Position numbers and translations under genes: made by a program. A stretch of 34,585 nucleotides of DNA from a virus. Lineage: Duplodnaviria; Heunggongvirae; Uroviricota; Caudoviricetes. The stretch covers positions 1 through 34,585 of IMG/VR virus record IMGVR_UViG_3300032286_000363; one strand, given 5' to 3'. This document shows positions 14,822 to 26,600 of this stretch, piece by piece; positions within the stretch are counted from its first letter, which is position 1; each line of letters opens with the position of its first letter. A model generated the notes under the pieces. The model saw nothing but the letters and a program-made list of their open reading frames with translations, made no database searches and was not told the origin of the DNA.

Positions 14822-17800
14822 TCAACGAACAAATCCTGATTGAGATTGTGCCTTAATACCAAGATCTTTGGCCACTTCTGGAACAAACAATGGTAGATAT
14901 TGTACAATCTGATTTGATACAGGGAACTGTTTCATTAAATATTTGACTGGTTTAGCACTTTCCACCCACTCATCATTTTGAAGAACAAGTCCAAACACTT
15001 CTTCCATAAAGTTTCCTATAAGCTTTCCAAAATTAGTCAATAGCCCTATAGAAGGGAACAATCCTCCAGATACAAGTTGTAATAGATTGGCAGGATTGTA
15101 GAAATACTGAATCTCATCTTTTAGTTTATCAGCAGCTCTCATCATAAACTTGTACTGATTTTTAACCATAGGATCTTCATCATCATCAGGAGCGTTTGCT
15201 TTAAGTGCTAAAACAAGACCAATCATTGATAAGAAGAACAATGTATCAACCATTTGACTTTTAACATTCCTTCTTACAAGATCCATGAATTCAGACTCTG
15301 TCATGTTAAGAGTCTTTCCTGTTTCTCTTTCATATTCTTCTTTCTTCTTTTCCCACATCTCTCTCATGTATTTAACACCTTCTTCATTACCTGAAAGAGT
15401 GTTGCTCAATCTTTTTACACTCTTTATAAGATCTAAAGAAAGCATACCATATACAGTTCTCATTCTTCCCCACTCATAAGCATCTGATGCAGAATTGTAT
15501 TTAAGATCTCCTGCTCTAACATCCACAAGTCTAGGAATCCAACGTTTAAACATCATGAATGAATTTCCGTACACATTCATATCTATAAGCCTTCTGCTAT
15601 CATCTGTTGCATTACCAAGAGCATCCTTAGTTATTTGTTGTATCTTTCTTCTAAGTGCAACAACACTTTCACTTTTTCTTTCAACACCTGGTATGACAAA
15701 CTCATTATCAACTATTTGTCCTAATTTAAGAACACCTTTTTCTTCTATAAGTTTAGCAACATCCTCTTCAAACTTAGCTTCTCTAGTCTTTCTTTGTTCA
15801 TTTGTTCCTTCATAGAAGTTTGCATATTCAGGAGACTTCTTAAGGAATTCTCTAGCATTCACCACTTCTCCATTTTCCACTATAGAATTCTTTAGGAATG
15901 AATAGAAATTCACTGTCTGAACATGTTTATCAGATTGTCTCATCAATATAAACATTGCATCTTGAATGTTCTCCTGGTTTAATGTGTTTAATGAAAGCTT
16001 TTTAGCAAACTCTCTATTGTAGTTTTCTGTTAAAGGAAGGAAGTATTCAAGTGCACCTATTGCTTTCTTTTGAAAATCTGTATTACCAAGCCCAATCATT
16101 TTACTATTAATCCAAGCTTCTGTAGCTAAATAATCAGATTTAGTAAAATACTTACCTGAATTAATTATAGATTGAGCTGTACCACCAAATAAGTTAGAAG
16201 TTGCTGATAGTAAGTTTAATCCCATTGTTTTTGTCTGAAACATCTTGTTCAATGTATCAATAGACTTGTTCAAAGAAATTTGTCTTCCCTCTAGTCCTTC
16301 TGGGAATAATTTAAATCCTAGTTTTGCATTCACCTTCTCTCCAAACTTACCAAAGGTGGCAAGTGCTTGATCAAATGTATCATTCTGAAGATACTTCTGT
16401 CCATATATAATACCCTTCACCATACTTTCTATAAGCTCAGCATTCTTACTATTATCTGGAGAAACGTCTATTTTTCCATTTTTATATTGTGTTCTAGAAA
16501 AATTGGAGGTTCTTATTGTTTCTTTGTTCCTTTCTAAATCAATTAGTGCAAGAGCTTGATCTTCAATTTCTGATAGATATTTAAACTTAATAGCCATCTC
16601 ATTGTATAAAGACATGTTCTTAAAAAGATCTTCACTAGCTTCTTCCTGCAGTTCTGTTGTAAAGTATTTAGGAATAGTGTCTATAGGTCTTCCTGTATGT
16701 GGATCTATTTTACCAAATCCAACATCACCTTCAGACATTGATATAGATTTTAAAAACTGTTCTCCCAAGGAAATATTCCCACCCATAACAATCTTTTCTA
16801 CAAGACTCTTTCTTATCCAAGGAAGGAATGTTCTATCCTCACCTCTTCCTAAATATCCTATAGAACGATAGTATTCATTTCTTTCTCTAATGTAATTATA
16901 GAAATCCAGAGCTGCTTGATTTTGTGGAGCATGTAGTTCTTTCCATTCTGCTGTTTGCCATTTCTCTTTAGGAAACTTCTTAATAAGTTCATATTGAAAC
17001 CATCCTGCACCATCTTTTGTAGATGTGTTGTACATCTTATCCACCTTGTTTAACTCATTGTTCATCTTCTGCTCATTCTCATCAGACTGTTCTCTATCTT
17101 TATATTTCTCTGTGATTCTTGTCTTCTCACTAGCAATCTCTTCTTTTAAGAATGCGTTATATTCAGAAATGTTTATATTATCTTTAACCCATTTGAAAAG
17201 ATCTGGATCTTTACTGTTAATTCTTTTCTGTAGTTCCTTATAGAAGTCAGCTTGATATTCATCAATCAATTCGTTTGTTCCTTTCTTCTTAAGGATATTG
17301 AAATAGTTTTTACCTGTTAAACCTTTTCCTTTAGCCCAAGCATCATATTTATCCTTAAGAGTTTGAAGCTTCTTACTTTGGTCCACTGTATCCATAGCTG
17401 CAAATGTAAGAGCTCTGTTTGCTTTTCTAAATAAGACTTTTGCAGAGTTAAGCTGTATTGTTGCTGTATCACTCCACCATTTAGCAAGCCCACTAATTGT
17501 TTTTTCCTCCTTTGTAATATCTTCCACCTCTTCAGCCTTACCAATAAAATTCTTAACAAATTCAGTCTTCATTCTATCAAGCTTGCTTTCTAACGATCTA
17601 GCTATCTTCACTGTTTTAGAAAGATCATTTTCAAGATCAGGATCTTCATCTTCTATAAAAAGATCTGCAAGATCAACATCAAGAGTGGTGTATGTACCAA
17701 GTGCTTTTTCAGCATCTAATATTTCTTTTACGAAAGCATTTACATCTTCTTCAGAAAAAGATTTTGGATCATTCCCTTTCCAATTATTCTCAAATCTCTC

Positions 17801-20665
17801 CATTAGATTCTTAATGCTTGAGTTGAAAACCTTAGCTTGTTCTAACAAAGGTTTAAGGTTTTGTCTCATTTGAAGCTGTCTAATAGCTGTAAACAAAGCA
17901 TTCAATTGTTCAGCCTTACTCTTCTTCTCTGAAGGAAGAACAGTCTTTTCAGAAAGTTTTCTATAATCAGCATTAAGCTTTTTCAATAACTTATCAACAT
18001 CATCATTTCCTGTTCTTTCTTCCTCTAGTCCTACAGGAACAAGATATGCATCTGTAATATTTTTAGGATCTACAGCACCTATCTCTACACCTATTAGTTC
18101 AGGAAGTATTCTTTGTTTAATGTCTCCTTCAGAATACTTTGCTTTAATAGGAATCATTCTTGTTTGATCAAATTGTTCCTCTTTAATACCATACGCATTA
18201 ATCAACATTGTCTTATATTGATCCATTTGGTTTTTCCATGCAGCCACTTTATACCAAGGAATTTCTTCATAAGCATCAGATAGAGCCATGAACTTCCAGT
18301 CAAGAAGGTTTACTCTTCCTTCAGGAGTGATGGCCATAAGATCTATTGTACCAGCTTTGTTTGTTTTAGGATCAAATATCTGCATCTCAGAAAGAAACAC
18401 TGTTCTATTACCTTCAGCATCCACCTTATCTAACGATCTAAGTCTTTCTAAAAGATTTTCTTTAAGAGTGTTATATATGTTTCTATTAGGATCTGTAGGA
18501 TCTATTTGAGGAACATATCCTGAATCATCCAATGGAACATCTCTTAAATGTCCATTCTCATCTACTAACACACCACCACGACCATCATTAAGCCCTCTTA
18601 TCAAGTATTCAAAATCATTATGTCCTGCTGTTCCTTTCTCAGCTTTAAGATCATCAACAGCTTTAGCTTCTTGACTCTTGAGAATCTCTCCACCTCTAAA
18701 TCTTCTTGCATACCAGTCTTTAATTTCATCAGAGACTCTTCTAGCTATCTGTGTAACACCATCTAAGAAATAACGATCTTGTTTTTCTCCATCTATTATG
18801 ACTTCCTTCTTTGTAAGCTTAGCATCTATCTCTCTAATTTTATCAATAGCAGATTCTTGTCTACTCTTTTGTAAGAACACCTTGCCTTCTTCAGCCCTAA
18901 TATCCTCCACTGTACCTATTTCTTTTCCAGATATAATGTCCATAGCAGCTCTATCAAAACCACTCTTCATAAACAATCCTTTAAACCATTCCACCATAGA
19001 AGACCACCAAGACTGTGATTTTGCTAGGAGCTCTGGTTTTTCTGTACTTCCTTCATTTTGGTTAATGATTGTTTCCACTAACACTTTTGCTATAGCCTCT
19101 TCTTTAAGTTTTAAGATGTCTGGTTTACCATCCTTCCCTTGATAGTTAGGATCAGATCCATAATCAGATAACACTTGCTTATATAAAGCATAGTTATTAA
19201 TTTCCTTAAGGAGAGTTTTATAAAGACTTGGGTTTGTTTGTTTTATAATCTCAACAGCAAAGTGCATCGCTTCCTCAGAAAGAGAAACACCTTCTGTTCC
19301 TTCAACCACTTGTACAAGATTTTGTGCAATTAAAGCAGCACCATTAGCATTTTGCTTAACACCATTTATAACAATCTCTTTCATTCCATTAATATCAACA
19401 CCTATTCTCTTAAGGAATTCCTTAACAAGAGCAAGTGTTTTAGGAGATGCTGTTGAAGACACTGTACTTTCTTCATTACCTTTTTGTTCTTGTTCTATAG
19501 CTTCTTCCTCATTAATTTCTTGTAAGAAATCATTATACACTTTTATATCTTTATTGTTTACATCCTGTGTGTAATATATAAATATACTTCCATCATCATT
19601 ATATGTAGCAGCTTTATAAAGTTTACCAGATACAATGAATGGTTTTTGTGTCAGGTTTACCATTTGTTTTATAATGGGAGTGTTAAGATCAAGATCCCAT
19701 CTATCAGAATACTGAAGATAATATCCTGTTCCATCTCTACCAACCTTCATAGCATACTTACCCATTGTAGCATTTTGTTTATCCACACCTGAAGTACGTC
19801 CTTTACTAAGCCATCTATTTAAATCTTTTTCATTAAATTCAAAATCATTGAAGTCATAGATGTCTTCTCCATTATTATCAAACACTACATTACCATTACG
19901 AATAAATCCTCTACCTACATATTTGAATGTATTATGTTTTTGTGGAAGACCGTTTGATAGTGCCCAAGCATCTTCTCTCTTCTTATATTGTTCAGGAGTG
20001 ATTTCTGTAGCCCACTTTGGTATAATCTTGTTCTCCTCACTTACATTGTTAGCAAGATCATCTTCTCTCCATTTCTTAATGGTGTTGATGAAATCATTAT
20101 AATCTCTACCTACAAATAAAGAAACGAGTGATTTTTTTAATATACGTGTTTTATTGTAGTTAGCTGGAGTGAGTGCTCTATATAGAAGTTTATTGATTAA
20201 TGGTATTTTACTTTTTTGATTAGATGTAATACCATATATCTTCATCTTTTCTGCATCTTCAAATATAGGTTTTGGTGTAGCAACTTTGTTTAATTGGAAT
20301 AATGTTCCTTGTGTTGGAGTTTTTGGTAACTTATCATATTCCTGTTGAGCAATAGGATGTACACTCACAATCACTTTAGCATTGTTTCCTGCTACAGTGA
20401 GTTTTGATTTAATCACAGAAGTTCCTTCTGGAGCGTTTAAAGACTTATTAATCTTCTGAATCAGTGCTACTTGTTTCTTGTTTTGTTCTGTTCCTGGAGA
20501 AGAGAATAAATATGTAGCAGTTGGTCCACTTCCATATTTTCTGAACAATCCAGAACCAGTGATTTGTTTCCAAACATCATGATAGATGTCAGTCAGTCTA
20601 TTGGCTAACTGAGGATAGTCTCCAAACTGTCTATCTATATATTCTACTCTACAAACATTACTCAT
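14822..20665 (-). CDS. Large virion (ejection) protein with a degenerate zincin domain and a PD-(D/E)xK nuclease-like domain
   Basis: 1947 aa, directly downstream of the RNAP protein. EEAMH at 19262-19276 with downstream KEEAIAK and WW..MVEWFK helices. KGTAGH...AGTIDLMAI..EG.VNLLDWK at about 18290-18640. Confidence 0.7.
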   Translation of the reverse strand: MSNVCRVEYIDRQFGDYPQLANRLTDIYHDVWKQITGSGLFRKYGSGPTATYLFSSPGTEQNKKQVALIQKINKSLNAPEGTSVIKSKLTVAGNNAKVIVSVHPIAQQEYDKLPKTPTQGTLFQLNKVATPKPIFEDAEKMKIYGITSNQKSKIPLINKLLYRALTPANYNKTRILKKSLVSLFVGRDYNDFINTIKKWREDDLANNVSEENKIIPKWATEITPEQYKKREDAWALSNGLPQKHNTFKYVGRGFIRNGNVVFDNNGEDIYDFNDFEFNEKDLNRWLSKGRTSGVDKQNATMGKYAMKVGRDGTGYYLQYSDRWDLDLNTPIIKQMVNLTQKPFIVSGKLYKAATYNDDGSIFIYYTQDVNNKDIKVYNDFLQEINEEEAIEQEQKGNEESTVSSTASPKTLALVKEFLKRIGVDINGMKEIVINGVKQNANGAALIAQNLVQVVEGTEGVSLSEEAMHFAVEIIKQTNPSLYKTLLKEINNYALYKQVLSDYGSDPNYQGKDGKPDILKLKEEAIAKVLVETIINQNEGSTEKPELLAKSQSWWSSMVEWFKGLFMKSGFDRAAMDIISGKEIGTVEDIRAEEGKVFLQKSRQESAIDKIREIDAKLTKKEVIIDGEKQDRYFLDGVTQIARRVSDEIKDWYARRFRGGEILKSQEAKAVDDLKAEKGTAGHNDFEYLIRGLNDGRGGVLVDENGHLRDVPLDDSGYVPQIDPTDPNRNIYNTLKENLLERLRSLDKVDAEGNRTVFLSEMQIFDPKTNKAGTIDLMAITPEGRVNLLDWKFMALSDAYEEIPWYKVAAWKNQMDQYKTMLINAYGIKEEQFDQTRMIPIKAKYSEGDIKQRILPELIGVEIGAVDPKNITDAYLVPVGLEEERTGNDDVDKLLKKLNADYRKLSEKTVLPSEKKSKAEQLNALFTAIRQLQMRQNLKPLLEQAKVFNSSIKNLMERFENNWKGNDPKSFSEEDVNAFVKEILDAEKALGTYTTLDVDLADLFIEDEDPDLENDLSKTVKIARSLESKLDRMKTEFVKNFIGKAEEVEDITKEEKTISGLAKWWSDTATIQLNSAKVLFRKANRALTFAAMDTVDQSKKLQTLKDKYDAWAKGKGLTGKNYFNILKKKGTNELIDEYQADFYKELQKRINSKDPDLFKWVKDNINISEYNAFLKEEIASEKTRITEKYKDREQSDENEQKMNNELNKVDKMYNTSTKDGAGWFQYELIKKFPKEKWQTAEWKELHAPQNQAALDFYNYIRERNEYYRSIGYLGRGEDRTFLPWIRKSLVEKIVMGGNISLGEQFLKSISMSEGDVGFGKIDPHTGRPIDTIPKYFTTELQEEASEDLFKNMSLYNEMAIKFKYLSEIEDQALALIDLERNKETIRTSNFSRTQYKNGKIDVSPDNSKNAELIESMVKGIIYGQKYLQNDTFDQALATFGKFGEKVNAKLGFKLFPEGLEGRQISLNKSIDTLNKMFQTKTMGLNLLSATSNLFGGTAQSIINSGKYFTKSDYLATEAWINSKMIGLGNTDFQKKAIGALEYFLPLTENYNREFAKKLSLNTLNQENIQDAMFILMRQSDKHVQTVNFYSFLKNSIVENGEVVNAREFLKKSPEYANFYEGTNEQRKTREAKFEEDVAKLIEEKGVLKLGQIVDNEFVIPGVERKSESVVALRRKIQQITKDALGNATDDSRRLIDMNVYGNSFMMFKRWIPRLVDVRAGDLKYNSASDAYEWGRMRTVYGMLSLDLIKSVKRLSNTLSGNEEGVKYMREMWEKKKEEYERETGKTLNMTESEFMDLVRRNVKSQMVDTLFFLSMIGLVLALKANAPDDDEDPMVKNQYKFMMRAADKLKDEIQYFYNPANLLQLVSGGLFPSIGLLTNFGKLIGNFMEEVFGLVLQNDEWVESAKPVKYLMKQFPVSNQIVQYLPLFVPEVAKDLGIKAQSQSGFVR

Positions 20666-20679
20666 TGTATATTATTTTT

Positions 20680-23600
20680 TTATATTATTCCACAAGGGTT
20701 TGGTTCATCAGCACCATCAAGGTCTTCATTATTTGGATCAAATGTTTGAGGTGCACTTGGTTTTCCTCCAAGTTTTTCAAGAGCATCTACTGTAGCTCTC
20801 ACTTCAATAGCAATCTTGTCTGGTGTAAGAAGGTCTTTGCTGTTTAACCAATACACATCTTTATCATTGTTGTCAATATGACTTTGCTCATGCAAAATTA
20901 AGAAAGTATTAATTAACTTGTTAGTATTTAGCATAGATTTTATAACATCTATTGTATATCCTTGTTTAGCTAATTCACTAAGCACTTGAGCTTTCTGTGC
21001 TGATGTAGGCCCTCCTTCTTTTCCTTCAAAATAATCAAAGAACTTATTCGCATCACTCACAGGATTGATGATTATTTTACCACCATCTGTAGAAGCATAT
21101 CTAATTGATCCATCAGTATTCTTAAGAGTTTTATCTACAGTGTATTCAGGAAGTTTTAATCCTTCTTCAGCTTTCTCACTTACAGGCTGTGTAGGTTGAG
21201 CTGTTAATTGCTTTTTATAATTTTCAAGATCTTTGTAATCATTTGGACCAGCTACACCATTTTCTATACGCTCTTCTAACTTACTAATTTTATTTTCAAT
21301 CTCAGCTTGTTTAGCAAGAGCTTCATCAAGTCCTTCAGGAGATTCAAAATTAGCAGCAGTTAATCCATATCCAGGTTCTATCTCAGCTTGTCTACCAATA
21401 TCTTCAACCTTTTCTGATTCTTTCTCAATCGTTGCTATAATAGGATCTGCAAGATCTTGTGTAACTGTTTCTCCTCCATAGAAGTCAATGATTGCTTGGT
21501 CTGGTATTTCGTTGCTCACTAACGTACCCTCTATATTTTTTATATTCTTTTCAGAACCATTGTTGAAAATAGAAGGTCTTCCATCTCCATAATATTCTGT
21601 AGCATACTGACCATCACCATGCAAGTTGATAAACTTGTAAACATATGTAGGATTACCATCTTTGTCATATCTTGCTATTACAGGAGAACCATCAGCATAT
21701 TTTACTTTTTGATATCCATAATAGTTTCTAAGAGAAAGATCTCCTTTCTCAGCCATCTTAGCATAATCTCTTGCTGTAATTTCTTTTCCTGTAGCAACAT
21801 CTATACGTCCTTCTGTAACATCTTTCTTGTTTATAGGAACTGTTCTAGGAACCTTGATCACATCATAGTTAGCCACCTTACCTTGATATTTTGCACTGAT
21901 GAACAAAAGATCTCTTTGCTTTTTTAGATTTGCTCCAAGTTCTTTTACCACTGGAAAAAATCCAGGAACAAGTATTTCTTGATCATTAAATTTCCCCAAC
22001 TTTTTAGTTCTTCCTTGAAATGTTCTTGGAAGATCATTTATTATTGCATAACTGTCTTGTTCTTCTGCCTCAAATGTAGGTTCTATAACAGGAACTACAT
22101 CATTATCTTGCCACTCATTTCTTTGGAACTCATTGCTTGTAGCAAATGCTCTTATCTCATCATCTACCGTTAAGCCTGCAAGAATAGGTGTGATGTGTGC
22201 AGAATAATCCTCTACAGGAATAATATTCTTTATAGAAATAGGAGATTGGTAGGTTCCTTGAATAATAGCAAGTCTAACTATTCCTTTATATAAAGCATTT
22301 GTTCTTGGATCATCTCTTAGCTCCCTCATCATTCCTGCATACATATTCTCATTATATGCAATCTTATCGTTCACTTTAAGCTTGATGGTTTGTGCACCAC
22401 CAATTCTTCCTGAACTATCCACTTCAAGGTCTTCTAAGATTTGTACTCCTGGGAATTCTTGTTTAGCTTTCAATAACATTTGTGCTACAGACTTACGATC
22501 ATCTACCAATTGTTCTTGTAGATTTGTAGCTATGTCAGATCTTTTCTGTATAATGTAGTCTAAGAACGCAGCTTTAATCTTGTTAGCTATTCTATCAAAC
22601 TTATCTTTAGTTAAGAATCTATCTTGTTCAAAACTTTTCAACACCTCATTTGTAACATCTGTAAACTGTGGAGTTTCTAAAACCAATGCCTCACCTAGAG
22701 CATCCATACTCATATCAAGATATTCTGCTTGCACCCCTATAAAGTTATTTTGTAAAAGGTTTCCTACAGAAGAAATGATATTTTTCTTTTGGGCAGCTTC
22801 TGTTCTCCATTGTTTTAACTGGAGTGAATCACCACTTTGGAATTTAGTGGTGTCATAGTTAGATGCTTGACCAAAGTTAAAACTGTATTCAGCCATCTTA
22901 GAATATTTCAAAAACTCGTTGAATATAGCAACTTGTTCACGGTTCTTTGCATCACCAAGATCTTTTGTAGCATAATAGTTTTTAATATTAGCTTCTAGTT
23001 CTCCCTTATTAAACCCAAGTGTACTAGCTGTTTCTGCAACTCTTGAAGGAAACTTATTTTTAATTGCTGAAATCTGCCTTGTATCAAATAAAGTTTTAAC
23101 ACCTTTGTTATCAAGCATTGTTAAATACTCATTGATAATAGGTTGGTTCATAAACATTACAAGTTGTCTGCTAGGAACACCTGTTCTTCTAAGGAACATA
23201 AATGTACCAACAGCAAGATTGTTCTTTATTATTTTAAGAATGTAAGGATCTTTTGCCACATCCACGAAAGAAGTTGCATATCCAGACAATCCATCAGATA
23301 TAAATTTACCATCAGTATCAAGCCTACCAGAAAGAGATATATAACTTTTCCCATTATCTTCAATTGTGTTATGATCTAATAACATTTCTCCACCATTATA
23401 TCTTAATATGTCTCTATCTTCTTTAGAAACATTATTAAATCTAGCTGGATCAATGTATGCTTTAAACTTCTGTGTAAGAGAATGTCCTGTAATATTAACA
23501 GCAGCTATACCCACCCACTTCTTAGCTGTAACGAACGCATGTCTAAGAGAAGTCATGTAGTTTCTATCAAGAAGTCTGTTCTTAATCTTACTCTCATCAT

Positions 23601-26600
23601 ATCCTCTCAACTCATCTAATACATTAGACAAATCCTTAAGACCATCATCACTTACAGGAGATATTAATCTTTGGAAGTTTTCTGGCATTGTTACAAGTTT
23701 TTCCAGAGAATCATAGTATTCATTCTCAAGAGCACGTCTATAAGAATCTTCTACAAACTTTTCTTTAAGCAATGCTTGTGCATCCTTGTCTCCAAGTTTC
23801 TCAAGTCTCTTCATAATATCATCCAATACATCTCTTTTTTCTTCCAATGTATTAGCTTCTGCAAATAAAATATCTATTGCATCTGCATATCTATCACCAA
23901 GGTTTTTAGGATCATCAAGACCTTCCACCATTATTGTAGCTGCATCAAATAGTTCAGCTTTGTTTATTTTTTGTAACTCAAGCTTTTCATCAAACACTTT
24001 AGCATAGAAATCTTTTGTAGCTTCTTCTGTACCCTTTAATTTTATAATCCTGATTTCACCATTCTTATCAATGTATACAGATTTAAGATACATGTTTAAT
24101 TTATCTATATCAAAATCCGATCCTGATTTAGTAGTGATCTCTGAAGGAACAATCACTGTCTTACCCATGTATTTAGGAAGAAATGCTTTCACTTTAAATG
24201 CTTCTACAGAAGATAGAGATTGTGTAGGAATACGGAAACCTATTCCAGATAGCAATTCTTTTCCTTCAGCTGTAGTGTTAAGAAACTTTATAAGTTCTTC
24301 ATCTGATTTATTTGCATGTTTACCAAGCTTACTTTTAAACCAATGAGGAAGCATAACTTCACAATAACGTTTACCATCTTCATCTTCATAAAACTTAAGA
24401 GTGTCATCTGTAAGAACCACCTTCTTTTGTTCTTCAGCAGAAAGTGCATCAAATTCTTGTCTTGTGATTTGCTTATAACCATCTGCTGTTTTAATTGCTA
24501 TCTTCCTTCCAGCTTTTTCATTTTCCCATAATGTAACAGGGGCCTGTACATAAGCACCACCATTCATTTTAGGAGATGTAATTTCTTTATCTATAAAGGA
24601 ATAAAGAATACTCTTAATCTGAAGATATGCAGGGGATGCTTCGAAAGGAATTATAAACTCCTTATTCTCATCAAGTTGTATAGAATCTTTAACATTATCA
24701 GAAAGTTCTCTTCTGAACATTTCATCTTGTAATGTTTTAGCAAGTCTTGTCTTATCGTTAATTTTATATGAACCACCAAGATCTTCAATACCAAGTCTTT
24801 TTAAGAATCTTTCATAACCATTCTTATGCAGTCTATTTAGGATGTCTCTATTTCTAGCTACCTCTTTAGCTATCTCTTCTTTTCTTTGAGGAGTTGCACC
24901 AATAGGTTCTCCATTCTCATAAAGATCTAGTGTAGAAATTTTTGTAACCTGTGATCCTCTTGTTTGCATTCCAGATCCTTCATATGCAGTTTCCACCTGA
25001 ATACCATATGCTTTCCAAGGAATTTCTATATTATTGTTAAATGCAGCATCATTGAATTGACCATTCTTAGTATAAAGATCATGCAAAGCTTCAGCTCCCA
25101 CCTTTCTACCAGAGATCATGATGATATATCCTTTCTTTTCTGCCATCATCTTTAAGTATAGTTTTTCAAGGTTTGTTCCTTGCACCATACTGTAATACAA
25201 AGGCATTTGGGAAAACTTATCTAATACAAGGTTTATTCTATTAACCCCATTAGTTACACCAGATACAATAGGTTTAACTATCTCAATCTTATGATCAGGC
25301 TGTTTAGTCTTTAGAAGAGCTATGTCATGTTTCTCAAGAGCTTTTCCTCTAACATCTTCTGAATATTTAAATCCAGGAAGGTTTTGTCTTGTGTAAGCCA
25401 TTTGCCATTGATGCCAAGCTTCTTCAACACCTTTGATGTTCCATTGACCATTCTTAATTTTCATTTCTCTATATGTACCATCCATCATTATAGAAGCTGC
25501 ATCACCTTCATTTGTTTTAGCAAATGCTTTTTTTACATCTTCAGGAACATTCTTCATGTTAGTAACACTTCCTACAATATTAACATCACTCACAGTCACT
25601 GTATCCATCCATGCTTTAGCCTGATGATAACCAGGTTCTCCAGGTAGTAATTGTATATCTCCTGCATTATTCAAATCCTCATTTATGAATGTGTTTAATT
25701 CAGGACTATCAATTGTTGTTCTTCTTGGAGAGAAGAAAGATTTAAACCTTTTAGTTGCATCCAATGTTCCATCTTCCTTAATAGCAAATTGATAAGGGTC
25801 ACCAAATATAATCTTGTGAAACTCTATGTTGTTGATTATATAGTTTGCATTTGCAAAAGTTATAATATTTGTAAGATCGTCTATTGTAAGTTTGCTCTTG
25901 TTAAGTTTTTCATTTATAGCAAACTTACCATTCAACATGTCATATCTATAATAATCTATACCAGTCGCTGCATCTCTAGTAACAAATTTCACTTGATTGT
26001 TCTGTAATAAGAAGTCTTTAGTTTTTGCAACTGTTCCATCTATGTATTCTTTTATAGAAGCGTTTACATCTTCAATATTATCATCTATAAAACTTTCAAT
26101 ATCTTGTTGTGTAGCATTTTCCTCAATCATTTGATTGATCTTAGTCAATGTTTTTTCAGAAAGAATGTCCTTAAAGAAACGAAGCTCGTAAGGTTTTTTC
26201 TTAAGATATTCTAGTTGAGCATTTAACTTTTTAACTTCTTCTTTTTGAGCATCTGATTTATTAGTTACAGCTTTTAAAGTTTCTAGTTTAGATTCTATAT
26301 CAGCAATTTTACGTAAACCACCAACATTCTCTACCTGCATTCTATTATCAGCATCAAGAGCAAGAGCTACATCATCTGTTAAATATCCTCTGAAGATTTC
26401 ATTAATCTTCTTCCAACCATCTTTTCCTTGTTCAATATCCTCAAAGGCAACATGGTTCCCCATATTCATCATCCATTCTGTAGAACCATCTGCAGGAATC
26501 ATGATGTAATACTGCCCAGTAAGGTTTTGATTTATCTCTTGTGTGTAACGATCACCTTCAGTGAGAGCTGTAGAACTAGTTCCTTTGTTTTTATCTTTAT

